Both the position numbers and the translations under genes were made by a program. Positions 48,627 through 63,000 of a stretch of DNA of 64,000 nt are shown here, piece by piece. The notes below the pieces were generated by a model. That model ran no database searches. It was not told the DNA's origin and saw nothing but the letters and a program-made list of their open reading frames with translations. The DNA comes from Oikopleura dioica. Its lineage: Eukaryota; Animalia; Chordata. The stretch spans positions 15,821,208 through 15,885,207 of the forward strand of contig OU015568.1 in NCBI GenBank assembly GCA_907165135.1, read 5' to 3'. Each line of letters begins with the position of its first letter. Positions within the stretch are counted from its first letter, which is position 1.

Positions 48627-48835
48627 TTTCAATGTTCTAAAAACATAAAATGTCAGTCGACTAATGTATCCATTATTATTAATAGTTAGAGTCGGTTCAT
48701 ATATTTTCAAAATATATGACCGATTCTATAAGTTGGTTAAGTGAATGGGTTAAAACAGGAGCGGTCAAAAGTGAAGTAAGTCGGTGTAAATCAATCTCTG
48801 TAGTCCCTTTCGTCTTCTCTCTATTTCGTCACGGC

Positions 48836-50423
48836 TTACTGTGGTGGTCCACCCATATTCTGGAACATTTTTCGCATTTCCTCGACCTGCTCTGGGTTGT
48901 TGCGCATCATTTCTTGTGCCATCTGCATACCCGCCTGCATCGCAGCTAGATTTGTTTTCAAGATACCGTTTGGCCGTTAAAATGATGACATAAACAAGTT
49001 TGATAAAATATCTAACGTAAAAAATACCTGGGTTGAAGCCGCCCGCTCCCATGTCAGGGAGACCGGCAGGAGGGCCACCTTCTTCTCCACCCATGGGAGG
49101 CATGGGCATGCCCATTTGGCCCATCATGTTCTGCATCATATTTTGCATCTGAGGGTTCTGCATCATGTTTTCAGCCATCTGACGCATCTGAGGATTCTGC
49201 ATCATTTGCTCCATGGCAGCTCCCATTTGGCCGAAGTCGGGCATGCCGCCGGGTCCCAAGCCAGCAAGACCACCGGCAGGGGCTTCCTTGAGCTTTTCTT
49301 TCACGATCTATAATTCGGTTTTATTGCCCCTGTAAACCAATCGATGAGTGAATGGTTTAATAACTGTTGTAATTATGGTGCAATATTGATTTATTACCTC
49401 GAGGTTCTTTTTGTAGCTTTCATTATCCGGCTCGAGCTTGAGCGCTTTCTCGTAGCAGTTCTCTGACTCAGCGTACAATTTGATCTTTGAATAAATAAGA
49501 CCCATTCGGGAGTAAGCCTTTGAGTAGTCTGGCTCAAAGGAGATGGCCTTCTTGCAATCCTGGAGAGCTTCTTCATAGTTCTCGATAGAAGTCTTTTAAT
49601 CGTTTTACAAAAAGAGAAATTCAAAAAGTTTACTTTTCAGTATAAAAAGAGCGTGCGGTTGCTATTGGCCCTATTTGAAAAGTGCGCGGCGATGCGTGCT
49701 CAAGTTCACGCCAAAAATGCGCGCACCAATGAGCGCAGCTGCACGGACCGAACCAACTCGCTTTGAAACGGGCTAAAACTGATCGATGGGAACGGGCCTT
49801 ATTAGGCAAGGCGACGACATCTGAGGTCACCCGCAGAGGAGAATCGGCAATTTTGAAACCTGTCAATGCAGGTGACCTGCATGGGAAATTATGCATCATT
49901 TTGTAAAACCTGCATAAGCGGCGGCTCTGTTGCAGTAGTAAATAGCGCTTTCTTGAACCTTGATGGCTTCGGAGTACTTTGCGATAGCATCTGAAAAATA
50001 AACGGTTTTTTAAACGACCTTGAGAGTATAACTGACCTTCGAATTTTTTGTCTTTCATGAGTTGATTTCCTTCACTCTTCAATTTGTTGGCGAGTGATAG
50101 TTCTTCCTCAGTCACTTCTCGTTGGTTCATGACTGATAAGAAAAATTGGACTATGTGCAATTGAATGAATACGCTTACTATCAGGAGCAGCATCAGTAAG
50201 AAGCTCGAGAATACAGGGAAGTCCTTCAGCATCTTCCGGAGTGGTGTTGAAGGCCATCGCAAGGCACTGAGAAGCGACGTTGAGGGATTCCTCCTGATCG
50301 GGGGTGATCATCTTGCCTAAAAAGCGGTAAAACGCAAGAATATCCACTGTAGCTCTTACCATCAATCTCCGACTTGAGGTATTTGAGAACCGAGGCGATG
50401 AGAAGCTTACGGTTGTTCGACAT
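48836..50423 (-). CDS. SGTA: Small glutamine-rich TPR co-chaperone, multi-exon
   Basis: N-terminal dimerisation motif QEESLNVASQCLAMAF; TPRs (ANKLKSEGNQLMK, CNRAAAY, PDYSKAYSRMG); Q/M-rich C-terminus. Confidence 0.95.
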
Positions 50424-50510
50424 AACGATTAAGCTTTCTGAAGATTGGAAAAATAAGTGATTGCGAAGCGGCAGAATGTGGGTGAATTTTCAGATCAGTA
50501 GAAGGCAGTT

Positions 50511-52704
50511 TTAAGGATTGTTATGAACTTTGTCAGTGACTGCTTTACATAAGCAAGAGAGCATCAGATCCATTTTACCAACGAAGTTTGCGCCTGCGAG
50601 TTTTTCCCAGTCGACTTCGCGCCACTAGAAAGACAGTTAGTCTGCGGAAAAGATTATCTGCTGAATCACCTCATTGTCGGTAAGGACTTTCCATTTTGGA
50701 TCCAGCAATAAATCGGAAGAGGGTGTGCTGTTCGTCGTTTTTTCCTCGATATAAACTCGAATTTTCCTATTTTCTGTTCGTACGGATACACGGCCAGTAA
50801 TTGATTGTGATGAGGATGGAGGTGCCAGAAGCAGACATCCCTTCGATGAGCTCAAGACGGTCCAGTCGATGATCCTGGAATGTGATTCACATTCTCTTCC
50901 TTGATTTCTCTCGCTTACCTAACAAGTCCGGCGAGGCAAGCAACTTGGAGCGACAGTAGTTCACCTTCTATGACACGTCTCATCTCTGCAGTGTCTGTAC
51001 CAAGCTCGACGATATTTCCATCGCGCTGAATAGCGGTGCACCCGTTAATGCCAACATTGAGCAACATCGAATGCATGCCAAATTGTTTCGTGCACATTTC
51101 ATAACCAGCAACACTTGGATTCCGATTAAAAAATGAAGATAAAGATTGAAAGCACCTGAAGTGGACTTTGATCGACGTATGCACAGGGTTCTGAATGATG
51201 GGCCAGTGAATGTGAATGTTCGGCTCTGCGATCTCCTTCGCAATGCTGTCGAGCTCCTCCTCAACTCGACGCAGAAGCTCTGCGTGCTTGGCAGCTTCGA
51301 TAATTTTGTGTATCATTGGCACTAGAAAGAGTTCCAATATCTGAAGAGAAAGATGAGATTTGTACCTGTTTTTCTCATTCGCTCTATTCTCGGTAAATTA
51401 TACGGCTTTGTCGCTGCGATCCTCTGTTTTTTCGTCATACCCATTGTTGCGATCGTCGGATGAGGCGCGGGGCATGATTTGGACGCCGCGTGATGTTCTC
51501 GCAAAAGTTTGGTTAGATGTTGCTCCAAGCTAGAGACACGTGTAATAAGAAGATCTAGAACATTCTCGATTACCAGAACCACCGTCTTTCAGACGATCTA
51601 TCGAAGGGCATTTCATCGCCAGCTTTGAATGGTTTCCGACAAAGTTCGATGATTAGCTTCGTATCTGGGAATATTTGAGTGGAAATATGGTCGCCGATCA
51701 TGTAAATTGGAACGATAGGCCGGTAACAAGACACTTCTCTGCACAATTGACTGAAAGAAAAATTAAAACGGAATCAAGCCGCTTCTGATTTACCTAAATA
51801 ATTCTCTAGTGAATAGGCTGTGCTGCGCTTGACGCAATTCCTCAAGATATCCTTTTTGCTTGTATTTAGTTGAAATGACATGATGATAGGTTGACACGGT
51901 CTCTTCTTTCGTTACTTTTGACAGGTCCACTTTCAAGGAATCGTTGATATCGCAGCGAACCAGCTTTATGCTCAACCAGGCCATGTTCTGAAGCTCGTGC
52001 GGAAGTCTGATTTTGAGTGGACAGTTTTCTCGCGAACAGTCGGCATCGCGTATGACTTCGAACTCTCCCAAAGCAGGGTAGCTTGATCCCGCAGTTCTGA
52101 AGCTCAAGTCTCCGAGGATCTTTTCGCCCTTTCTTCGCAATCTGTAATGTTGGCGCAGATACTGTAGCTCCTGATGAAAGTCAGGTTGTTTTTCGTTTCG
52201 CTCCAGACGCTCGGCTCCTTCTTTAATGACTTTGGAGGCAAGAAGGAAGCTCTTCTTCTTTGCCGCTACTGATGAGGCTCGCAATTGCTCGGTCGACGAT
52301 GACGCTGGGCCGGAAATACTTGCCAATTGTAAGATCTTCTGTGGAGGTTGTCCAGGCTGTTGTTGGGGATTCGCAGGAGGCGCTGGGTTCGTGTTGTGAT
52401 TGAGAACAGCGAGCACGTCGTGGAGAACTCTTACTTCTGTTAGCGCTTCGAAGATGCTTTTTCTAACTTCGTCCCAGGGATTTTCCTTTGGCTCAGCTTT
52501 GGTCGGAGACGCTTCTACTTCCTTTTTGACTTCAACTTCGTTGTTGTCTTGCAGCTCTTTACCGAAGTCTATTCGCTGAGTAGCCCGTCCAAATTGCTCC
52601 GACATAGACATCGGCTGGATCCATGTCTCTTGGCCGTTGAGGGCAATCTCTTGGATGAAACATTCTTTTTGCCCCTCGATGGCAAGCTGCACATCATTTT
52701 GCAT
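50511..52704 (-). CDS. MED17: Mediator subunit 17, multi-exon
   Basis: IQEIALNGQETWIQPMSMSEQFGRATQRIDF, EALTEVRVLHDVL, GDLSFRTAGS, C-terminal WEKLAGANFVGKMDLML. Confidence 0.92.
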
Positions 52705-52866
52705 GATTACTACTCGATTTCTGAATGATGAACTCAGATTTTCATGTCGTGTGTTTGGGTGAACTTTTAGAATTGTTTGTTAGGCAGTGAGAGATGAGTG
52801 GAAGAATAGCTTGAAGATAGAAGCTCAGGGACTTTGATGAAAGAGAATGAAATTTCATGTTAAAAA

Positions 52867-53879
52867 TTAATAGAAGAGTCCACCGAAGTAGTTGGACTGC
52901 TGTGATTGGTGCCGAGCGTTGAACGAGTCGAATGCTGTTCGTTTCTGCTCCTCTAAAATATTATTTTTTTCTCCTGGAAGAAATGGCAATTACGAACCGA
53001 GTGATTCTAGCGCCACTCTGTACTCGTATCCAAGCGTATCCGTCAGTTGAACGTTGGTGCAGCCAACGCTTGAAGTTGGAGCGTATCGATGATAGTCGCT
53101 CTGCATGAGCTTTGTACCAGGGTATTGAATCACTAGACGATTTTGATAAAGAAATCAATTTACGGATGAATACCGAGTTTTTCGATAGAGTTGTGGACAT
53201 CATCTTGGCCGTGGTGAGAAGCGCGCAGCAGTCGAGCCTGAATAGGCTTCAATTCAGACGACAAAACGTCGAGCTTCTCTTTCCAATCGGCGAAGAAAGT
53301 CATCCCGGGAGCTTGAAAATGGCCGATGTGCATGTTTTTCGTTGGCTTGGATGCGTCCAAGCAAAGCGTTGTTGCCCCGGAAAGAGACATTCCGTAGCCA
53401 AATGTTGGTTGACTAGATTTGAATAAGAATTTTATTTGCTTGAAGATTTGTACCGTTTGATATAGACTGATGGAATCGTAAGCTGAAAAACCTGATTGAT
53501 AAGAGAGTGTCCCTGGTAGATAATCTCTTCGATTTCGTTCAGATCATAGTCATGAAGAACAGCGAGATTTTCGAGCCAGCACTTTGATGATCCTGTCTCC
53601 ATATCTTGAAAGAGAAGCTCGCAGTTTTCAAAGATGATTAGCCGCTTGTTTTGATCTTCCCAATCGGCTAGCTTTTCGCTAGATACTTATTGAAAATGTT
53701 GTTCTCGGAGAGTTCGCCTACCAAAGAAAGTTCAATTCGTCAAATATTGAAGGATTCTTGGGCGTATGCTTGTGTGGCTTCCACGTGACAACCCCAGCTC
53801 CAGCCTTTTCCATCAAATTAAGCCTCGCAGTTTGTCGCGCCGAAGAGCGAAATGAAAACTTCATTCCAGACGCGAACAT
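52867..53879 (-). CDS. Hypothetical protein, 5 exons (~280 aa), no family recognised
   Basis: Four short GT-AG introns join an uninterrupted frame MFASGMKFSFRSSARQTARL...SNYFGGLFY*. Confidence 0.65.
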
Positions 53880-54022
53880 TTTTCGCAGAATTGTTCTAAT
53901 TTAGAACTTCTAAATGGACACTTTTAAATTCAAGAGGATGTAAAATGCATTGAACTCAGCACACATGTTTCATACTTAATTGGCAGTAGGGGTAAAATTA
54001 AACTAAATCAGTAATAAAGTGG

Positions 54023-57000
54023 TTATGCGCGGTTCAATTCGACAATTTTCTGAATACGGTAGGCTACAGGATGGATGAAGTCGCGGCTGACATTCTCATC
54101 AGCTCCCTTGGCCTGGAAATACTGGACTTCAGCATCGGTCAATCGCTAAATATTTGTTGAAATCAAGGAAGAGATTCAGATCAATAATCACCTTGATTGT
54201 CGTTTCATTCAAAGCGGAAGAAAGGCCTTGCTTCAACTCAGTCAACTGGGCATTTGTCAGTCCTTTTGCGCTCATATTTGCGTCTCCTGTATCCGAGTTG
54301 CCGAAGAGAATTGAACGATTCTTCTTCGGCGCTTTCGACAGATAAAACTCAACATGTTTCCAGACAATAAAGGATGCGGACTCAAGCTGCATATGCTGGA
54401 TTTGCATGATTTTCTCGCTAAATAAACAATTAGGCTGAATTATTAGATATGAAACAAACCTCAAAGAGAGCTGCTTCTGAAGACAGTCCTTGGCTTTTTG
54501 TTGCTTTTGAGCAAGCGACAAACGTTCGCCACTTTCTAGCGTATCGTTCGAAACTCCGGCCAGCTCGTCGAGGGTGACTGAAGCATTGAAAAACAAGGTA
54601 AATTTAAATGACTCACCAGCAGGAAGTGCTGCCACATTTTCCAAGTTTCGCTGCTTCAGCGTAAACGTCTGAATGGTCTCAACGAAATCCGCGGTCGCTT
54701 CTTTTAGAAGCTTGATGATCACTCCGAGGGGCAAGTCTTCACTAGTGGACAGCGTCTCCGGAGAGAGAATTGGACTCAAAACGATATTGACACTGCTGCC
54801 TTTGTTCTTGTAGTAGGTGTTCAAGATGATCTGTGTGATCATCATCGTGATGTTCGCCGACGTTCTCTGGGCAGCGAGATATGCTGATCTTTCAGTCTTC
54901 TCAACCCAGGACTCTGTAAGAATGTAAGTCGACTGAAGTGCGAATAAAAGCCGTCGGATCTTGTTTTGCTGCATCTCAAGATTAGTGATCGAGTCGGAAT
55001 CATCGATATCCTTCTTGGTATCGTGAAAGTCATGGCCAGCGACGATACAGAGGACGGATGTGATCAGATGGATCTCTTCAAGAGACTCTTTGTCGGTGCT
55101 TAGGTTGTTGTAGGCGAAGATCACATTGGTGAGTGCGTCGAAGTGTTTGTAGACAAAGTAGAACACATGTTGCTGGATGTTGTCGTTACCAACGCCTGGA
55201 AACGAGTAACAAAATGAAGCAAAACGAAGCTTTACCTAGTGTGCTTTGAAGACACATAATCAGACGCAAGACAGGGAAAAGGAGCATTCTGTATCGATGG
55301 ATCTTCTCCTCATTGCCTTGCCCGTCGCCCATGTTCGAGACAACCGGTCGCATGTCAAGAAATTTAGCATCTGAGAGCTGCTGAATGATGCCAGTTTCGA
55401 CTAGTGCTCTAGCACCGACTCGATGCCTCGCGAGAGTGCTGAGGAGTGACATTCGGGACTCGTGGACGTAGACTGAAGCGAGATTTCCGTTGCCTTGAAG
55501 GGACTCGACAAGAACAGCATCTTCGAGAAGCAACGATGAAATGACCTGCTTTAGGTATCCCTTCTCTCGCATAAATGTGAGCCACTTTTTATCACCATCG
55601 CGTCTCATGATCGAATCGAGAAGCGCGTAAGCGAGAGTCCGTGTCACTGAGTGACCGTCAACTGCATCTTGACAGGTTATTTGCATGATGCTTGTTCCAT
55701 AAAGGTTCAAAATCCTCGCGGCCGAGTTTGAAATGGGCCCAGAATTAACGATCGTATCGTTGAAAAGTCGGGAAGCATGCATGTCCGTTTGAACTAAAAA
55801 TATCATTTGGCAAGGATGAATTCTGTTTTTGAATACCTTGGAAGTCAGGTTGGAGCTGGAAGTAGTTGAGAAGTGAGGCGTAGAGATGGGATCTGACGCG
55901 CTGACTTTGCGCACCAATAGCCCATTGAATCAACCCCTCGCCAATACTGGGCAAGAGTGTTGACGATGGGATGATTGGCGTTGCAGTCATCTCACTTAAA
56001 GTTCCATCCAAAAATGTTGCCGACGAAGTCTCATGAAGAGCGTTCGGGTCTTGTTGCTGCTTCAAAGAAATTCTGAGGTGAGTCATGATCGCCATCGCTA
56101 ATGTCGACAGCATAGACGTGAGTGAAGTCATTGACTCGGGACGATTAACGCAGCTCAAGATTTCCTGCAGGATTTCCTGCAAAATTGACACTCTTACTGC
56201 TCCTGGGACAATTTCCATGGGCCCAGCGATGCAGACCTCGAGAAGCTGTCGCCATCCTTCCAAGAAATGTACTTTTGCTATGGTCAGTTTTTGGTTGATA
56301 TTAATCCTTTGTAGCCATCGTAAAACTTCAGTGACTTCGGCTTCCAGTCTTGCAGGGATTTGGCCGTTAGAGTCGACTTGTGATGTGAGTTCGCCTTGAA
56401 GTGAGTTGTGAACTTTGAGTAAATTAATAACGCCGTCTTCTTTTGACTGAGTTGCCAGTTGTTCGACAACGCCGATGTCTAGGAGATCAAAATTTGGCGG
56501 TTCGGGATAAGCGTCGGTGAGATCTAACACACGGAACATTGACATGATTGCAAGTGAAGTTGAGTGATCTGCGCCAAGAGCGGATAGTTCTCCAATCGTC
56601 AGAGTCGTATTCTTCGTCTGTCCGATGCGCCTGACATCTCCTCGCTGCAAAATTAGCTGGACAAGTCGTGCTGTTATACTTCTCTGTTTCGCCTGATTTG
56701 TGCAGTGTAGCTCAAGAGCAGAGAGCTTCAAAAGCCAACCAATGCTTCTGAGCTTCTCAACAGAGATCTCCTCAAGAGGTTCCTTGAATCCTTGCAGTCG
56801 ATCAAACACAAAGTCATATGTCGATCTCAAATATCTGAGCACAGGAGCAGATGTTTCCGTATTCGAGCAAAGTCTGTAAATAGTTTCATACCCAAGTTCA
56901 AGTAGCTCTTCGTTTTCATCATCATCAGAACTCGACAGGAGTGCGAGAAGCGCATGCAATACAGTCTTCGGAGCGTTGAGGATTCCTGGATCTTGAAGAC

Positions 57001-59811
57001 TGGCGGTGGAAAGAGGAGCTTGAAGAGGATAACCAAGGAGGAAATGACTAAAGGAAATCGATCGACAGTCAATGTACTGCAGGATGAGTTTCAAGACAGT
57101 GATCCGACAGGAACCGGCTTCCTCTTCAGTGAGCTCCAAGCATTGCCAGAATGATTTCATCAACTGTTCTCGATGTGAAGTTGTCCCAGAAACCATCAGA
57201 CTCAGCATGTCGCCAGAAGAATATCGCTTGGACAAGTCGAGAAGGATTTCTAGTGCACTTTGAGCAAGAAGAGGTTGATCAGACGCGAATCCAACGAGTT
57301 TTGCGATCTGTCGAATAAAATCGGCCTTTTGTGTTTTTGGATTGATTGAAGCAAGTAGCTGGTGAATTGGAGTGAGAATGATCCCTGCGCCAGCGTCGCG
57401 GCAGTTGTTCATGAACACTTTTGATCCTCGAATAGCTGTAGACAGGATCCCAAGCGATTTTTGACCAGCTTTGAGAAGTCCCTCGTTGTACGATGATGGG
57501 TATTCCTCGAGATGTGAACCCGTCTCGCTCATAATATCGATAAGCTTTCGGAAAAGAGCAGAGTCTGATAATAGTTTTCTGAAAATGCCGAATCCTGGGT
57601 GCGTTGTTGACTCGGTGTTGAAATCATCTTGCGAAGGAGAATACGAAGCGAGCAACAGAGAGATTGTGTCCAGTACTGCGATGGTGATCTCCCATTTTTG
57701 CGACGGTTCTTTGTAAGAAAATGAGTCTAGGCGAAGTAGGACGTTGCTCAGTGCGAAATCAATGTAAGCTGTGACTCCAGGTGAGCGAGCTCCGGCGCCG
57801 AAGTTAAGTGGAAGTGGATACTCGCAAAGTTTCTGGATCAAATTGCAGAAGGCGATGGTCAAAGGATATCGCTCTTCTTGTGACTCGATTCGCTCGACTT
57901 CTTGAATGATTCCTTGAAGCACGTGATCACCGTCCATCGATACCCAAAGAGATGCCGCTGCACCTTCGTTTCCGATAAGTGTGCGAAGACAATCGAAGCA
58001 GGCAGCTTTCAACGACGGAGCAATGCCACACCGGAAAAGCTGCATCAAATAAATCGGAACGCGCCACGCCTGTTGTTCCAAAATAACCTGTCGTGAACTG
58101 GGGTCATTTTCCGCAACTGTAGAAGTTAATTTTATCACTGCAATCAATGCTGACGTTTCTTCAGGACTGATGCCAGCTTGTTGCGACCAATTAGTGTTCT
58201 CAGGCCCTGTCTCAACTCTCAAATGATCAGAGTATTGCTTCAACGATTCAAATATTCGTTCCCAAGATAGATTTCCAGCTGCTTGTCGGAGTAAGCGGAA
58301 ACAGGAAGAGCTCGAAATTTCATCTTGAGATAGAGCTTCCAACATTTTCACAGTTGGAACATATAATTCTGCGGAAACCATGTCGATTCTGATGAAATCT
58401 TGAAGTGCAAGACAACGATGGGTCGGTTTCAGGCCTTGGAAAGCGTTCCAAAACTCAGCGTGGAATCCAAACGAGCTAAATTTCTTGTAAAAAGCAGTGA
58501 TCAGATCGGCGAGCTCAATCCATAGTGATGGCGTTGAGCCTTTTCGGAGCTCCTTCAGTTTCAGAGGCATTAGAACAATGATATCTGTGATGAGTTTGTG
58601 AATTTGGCGAATGACAAGCTCGTTTTGAGGCTGAATTGCGTCGGAGTCGACAAGTTTTTTCAGGAATGTGAAGGCGCCAGCTTGAAGAGCCTTGTCCATG
58701 CACTGATCATCGCATTCAGTGAGTGTTTCAAGATTTGCGCTCAATGGTAGCTAAGGAAGAATTTAAATGGACAGAAACATAAAATGTTTACCTGAGTAAG
58801 GCCGCTCAAAGTCATCGACCAGGCCAACTGAACGATGCTCAAAATTTGCGCATTCTTGAAGTCAGGTGACTCATAAATTTTCGTGTGCAGCAGGGATATC
58901 CTCGTTGTATCCGAAAGAATCGGCAGAGCGGAGAGTGAGTCCATGTGATCCGTGTGCTCCACTTCGATCATGTGAATAACTGTAAAGAGCAGGGTGCAGT
59001 CGGACTCGCTTATCGTCCCCTCTCCATTTGGCTCCATTTTGGCAATGAATTCGACCAGTTCTTTCATGTTGCTTTTTGACATTCGCTCGTGGAAGGCCAA
59101 GCAGTAGATGCTCTCAGCAAGGAGCATTTTTGTGCTGACTATCAAATTTCTCACGGATCGCTTGTGCTCGGCATCGCCAAGTCCTCTTTGCTTGGCTAAC
59201 TTATCCAGTTCGCCCTCGATACTCAAACTAGAATAAGCCTTCATCAAACTGCCGAAGATGTTCTCGTTCCAAAGCGAGTCCAAAAACTGCGCCGCCACAT
59301 GATCGATTCCAGCGTTCATATTCGTATTCCCAAAGCTAGACTGGCACAGGTTCTTGAGCGAATGCAGAAGATCATTCCTGCCATCCCAATAAAGCAAAAC
59401 GGCCACGAGGCCACGCGTTAAACCGGGAAACTGCGCAAGTCGATGCTCAGCTGACCAGAGAAGCTCGAGCGCACGATGCTCGTCCAAGTCGTAGAGCGAC
59501 GAAATAATCCCAATTTCCGCAATAATGCTCTTGCTCAGTGTCTTTGGTCCCTCATCCGTCTCGATTGGCTCGCAATCACCCTTGTTGATTTGCGATTTCT
59601 TTGATGCATTGCTTGGACTGCCTGCTAGGGGCGTAAGCAGGTATTTTCTGTTTCTCTCTGAACACAATCTTTTGAAAAACAAAAAACGGGATGAAACCGT
59701 ACCTAATAATTGAGCCACCTCCGCAGCATTTCCAGACTGTAACGCTTTTAAAAGATCTTTGAAGTTTTGCCAAACTACCGAAGTCGAGCAGCTAACTGTA
59801 GACACAGTCAT
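54023..59811 (-). CDS. NUP205: Nucleoporin Nup205
   Basis: FPGLTRGLVAVLLYWDGR, QEERYPLTIAF, NFGAGARSPGVTAYIDF, SFIVWKHVEFYL and C-terminal DFIHPVAYRIQKIV; long exons. Confidence 0.96.
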
Positions 59812-60046
59812 CTGAAAGTAAAAGGGGTGAGTCACAACTAACAGTTTAGTATTTGGCCTTTTTTGAAAGTAGAGAATACATACATAAAAATACAATTGGG
59901 CGAACAGTTCGAAAAAAGAATAATGTTTCAGTATGGTACTAAAGTAGAGCGGTTTCGGCAGTTTATGATTTAAAGCATGAGGTTTGAAAGCGTGATGAGC
60001 AGTTAAAATGTACAGTAGTAGTTAATGACTGTTGATAGGGTTAGGG

Positions 60047-63000
60047 TCATCTATCTTTTATTTCAGGGCCCTGTATCAGATAACGGGAATCGATGTTTAT
60101 CCGCCTTTTTTGTTCAATACAAGTTATGAACCAATTAAGCGTTACATTTGAGGCGCCACGCACTTTGCTTGAGTGCTTCTTGTCATAATGAACTAAAAGA
60201 AAGTTGCAATAGCTTCATAATGATGGCTAGGGTAAATCACTAATATTTGAGCTCTTTTTTGGGCTTTGTAGAAGAGGCATATAATACCTTTTTATAATCC
60301 CCAGAAGCTGAGGATCATTTTGACTATTGATAGTGGGGGGTCATCTCGTACCCTGAGGCCATTTTGGTACCCCGGAAGTCCCAAAATGTGGCCAACTTCG
60401 GAAATTCGAATTTTCGAGGCCGTAACTAAGCTTTTTAGACGGAGCTATCTATACCAGCTTGTAGCTCAGGCTCTGACGGTTATTTTGAGGGGTAGAAAAG
60501 TATGTCCCGGGCTACTCTAGAAAGTGGTGGAGGTGGTGCAAAGCTGGGGTCAAGACCAAAAGTCCAGCTAAAATGAACTCTTATATGATTTAAATACAGT
60601 AACACTTTAAAAAAGCAACTGTAAATACATAATTGGTCACCCGAGGTCAACTTGGGGTCACTCAGGGTCATCTGGGGTCATGTTGGGGGTGTTATTTAAT
60701 TCAAGACGTATTTTTTAAATCTTGACCTTAGATGACCCCGAGTGACCCCAAGTTGACCTAGGTGACCAATTATGTATTTACAGTTGCTAAAGTGTTACTG
60801 TATTTAAATCACGTAAGTTCATTTTAGCTGGACTTCCGGTCTTGACCCCAGCTTTGCACCACCTCCACCTCTTCTAGAGTAGCCCGGGACATACTCTACC
60901 CTCAAAATAACCGTCAGAGCCTGAGCTACAAGCTGGTATAGATAGCTCCGTCTAAAAAGCTTAGGTACGGCCTCGAAAATTCGAATTTCCGAAGTTGGCC
61001 ACATTTTGGGACTTCCGGGGTACCAAAATGGCCTCAGGGTACGAGATCACCCCCCACTATCAATAGTCAAAATGATCCTCAGCTTCTGGGGATTATAAAA
61101 AGGTATTATATTCCTACTCTACTTAGCAAGAAAAAAAGTGGAAAATATTAGTGATTTACCCTAATGATGGCGAAGGGTCTTACTGGCAATATAGTCGACG
61201 AATGTATCAATAGCCTCGTCTGAAACATCTTTGTCCGTGCAAATTGCGCCAAGTCGAATGGCGATGCGCGTCATTTTGTTGCGATGCTGCGGCTTCATGC
61301 AAAATTTGATTAAATATCCTTTCAGAATCGTTGATAAATTTCTCAGGTTAGGCTCGAAGATATAGTCTCTTTTCCCGAGCGCGCGTTTCCTCTTCGTTCT
61401 AAGGCACTTTTCAAGCCATTCTATCGAGACAATCGGAATATCGCTGGCCAAACAGAAGAGACCGATCGAACTGTAGCCCCTGACAAAATGAAAACATGGA
61501 AGATAATCGTTGGTCTTACTTGAGTGTTTTTCCTTTATCCTCTGCAATACACAAAATTGTCTTTGAAAAATCATGTTCGTTGACGTCCAATTTGTCGCAG
61601 ACTTCTCCTCCCATCACGTGCTCGATTTGCATTCTGTATTTATCCGCCAGCTTTGATGGAGCAAAATCTAGTCAGGGTTATTTAGAGAACGGTGGCTTGA
61701 GCTTTGGTTGCTTACGAAAAACATGACGGTAAAAGGGAAACTTGTCGAGCAAGGTATCCACAGCACTGGTTTTGCGAACTCGAGGCGTGAAGGGATTGTA
61801 ATTTAGTTCTTAAACTCCAGTAAGCACTTTTATAAATTTGAGCGAAAACAACCATAAGTAGGAAGAGGATTGTCCGGCATTCGTATACTATAATCTCTGA
61901 TAATATTCTCGTTGACGACAATTGCGCAGTCGGTCATTTGAACAAGCCTGACTGTATCGTCGTTCAAGTCTTGGCATTCGTAGCCCGACCATTTAGTTGC
62001 CATACTCATTACATCCTTGCTATCGACATCCGGTTTTCGACGGCCCCAGAGGCCAATCACTTGAGTTGGTAACCACCTGTCGTTGCTAAATATCATGTGA
62101 CTTTCTCATCAATAGGATCATCCTATAATAGGATGGTCAGATACACCTAATTAATCAAGAATTAACTATCGAGTTAATCTAAGCTGTTAAAACAATGATT
62201 CAATGGCAATCGAGATGCTAGCACCAAATGTTATATTTAGCGTTTATACCTGCAGTTCATATTTGCGTCACTAGAAAAAGTATTAAAACCAGATAATGAT
62301 ACGTACCAGGAAGGAAAGGTGACAAGGGAAAGAGGGAGGATGAATATGACGGACACCAGAATGAATGAATTCTTTTTGCAGTCAACCGATCGACCCGATG
62401 TACTTACGTTTCCGTCACTCTGCGATAGAATTTTATATCAGACTTTCTAATTCTATCTTCGCTGAGAAGCAACACATGTGATTTCTTGATAGTGACAGTT
62501 TTCATGAAGTCAGCGTCGAGATAGACGACTTTTATGTTCGCGCTAGAATTGGAGGTTAGAATCTGGGAATCAGCATTTGATACCTTCTTTGATCGAGTAT
62601 TTGCTTGATAAGCGCGGGGTAGAAAAGTTCTTCTTCTTGTTCTTTCGGAGCGTCGCCGATGAACTTGGCCCAAACGAGAGAGCCAACACTCAAATCGACC
62701 ATGGCATCACAAGACATAGACGTGCTCGTCGACGACGGGGAGTTCTGAAAGGACGAGCAGGAACCAAAGAAGTTGTAGTCGGTGCCGTTGCTGTTTTGGT
62801 TTGAAAACTGGTTCGAAATGGTGCTGGTCGGGGTCGGATCGTCGTCGATTTCTTGCTTCACTTCGTTGCAGTAATCTTGCGCTGTTTCCATCACTGGTTG
62901 CGGTAGATTTTCGCTGGTTTCTGCAGAATGCATCGTTAGCTCGTCCATCGTCGGCGGGGTATTTATATAATCGGAAATGCTCATCTACGAAAAAACGATA

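Noticed and set aside
53290-53345. HIGH motif (MHIGHF) suggesting a class I tRNA synthetase
   Set aside because: No KMSKS or Rossmann-fold context and the protein is too short; likely chance.
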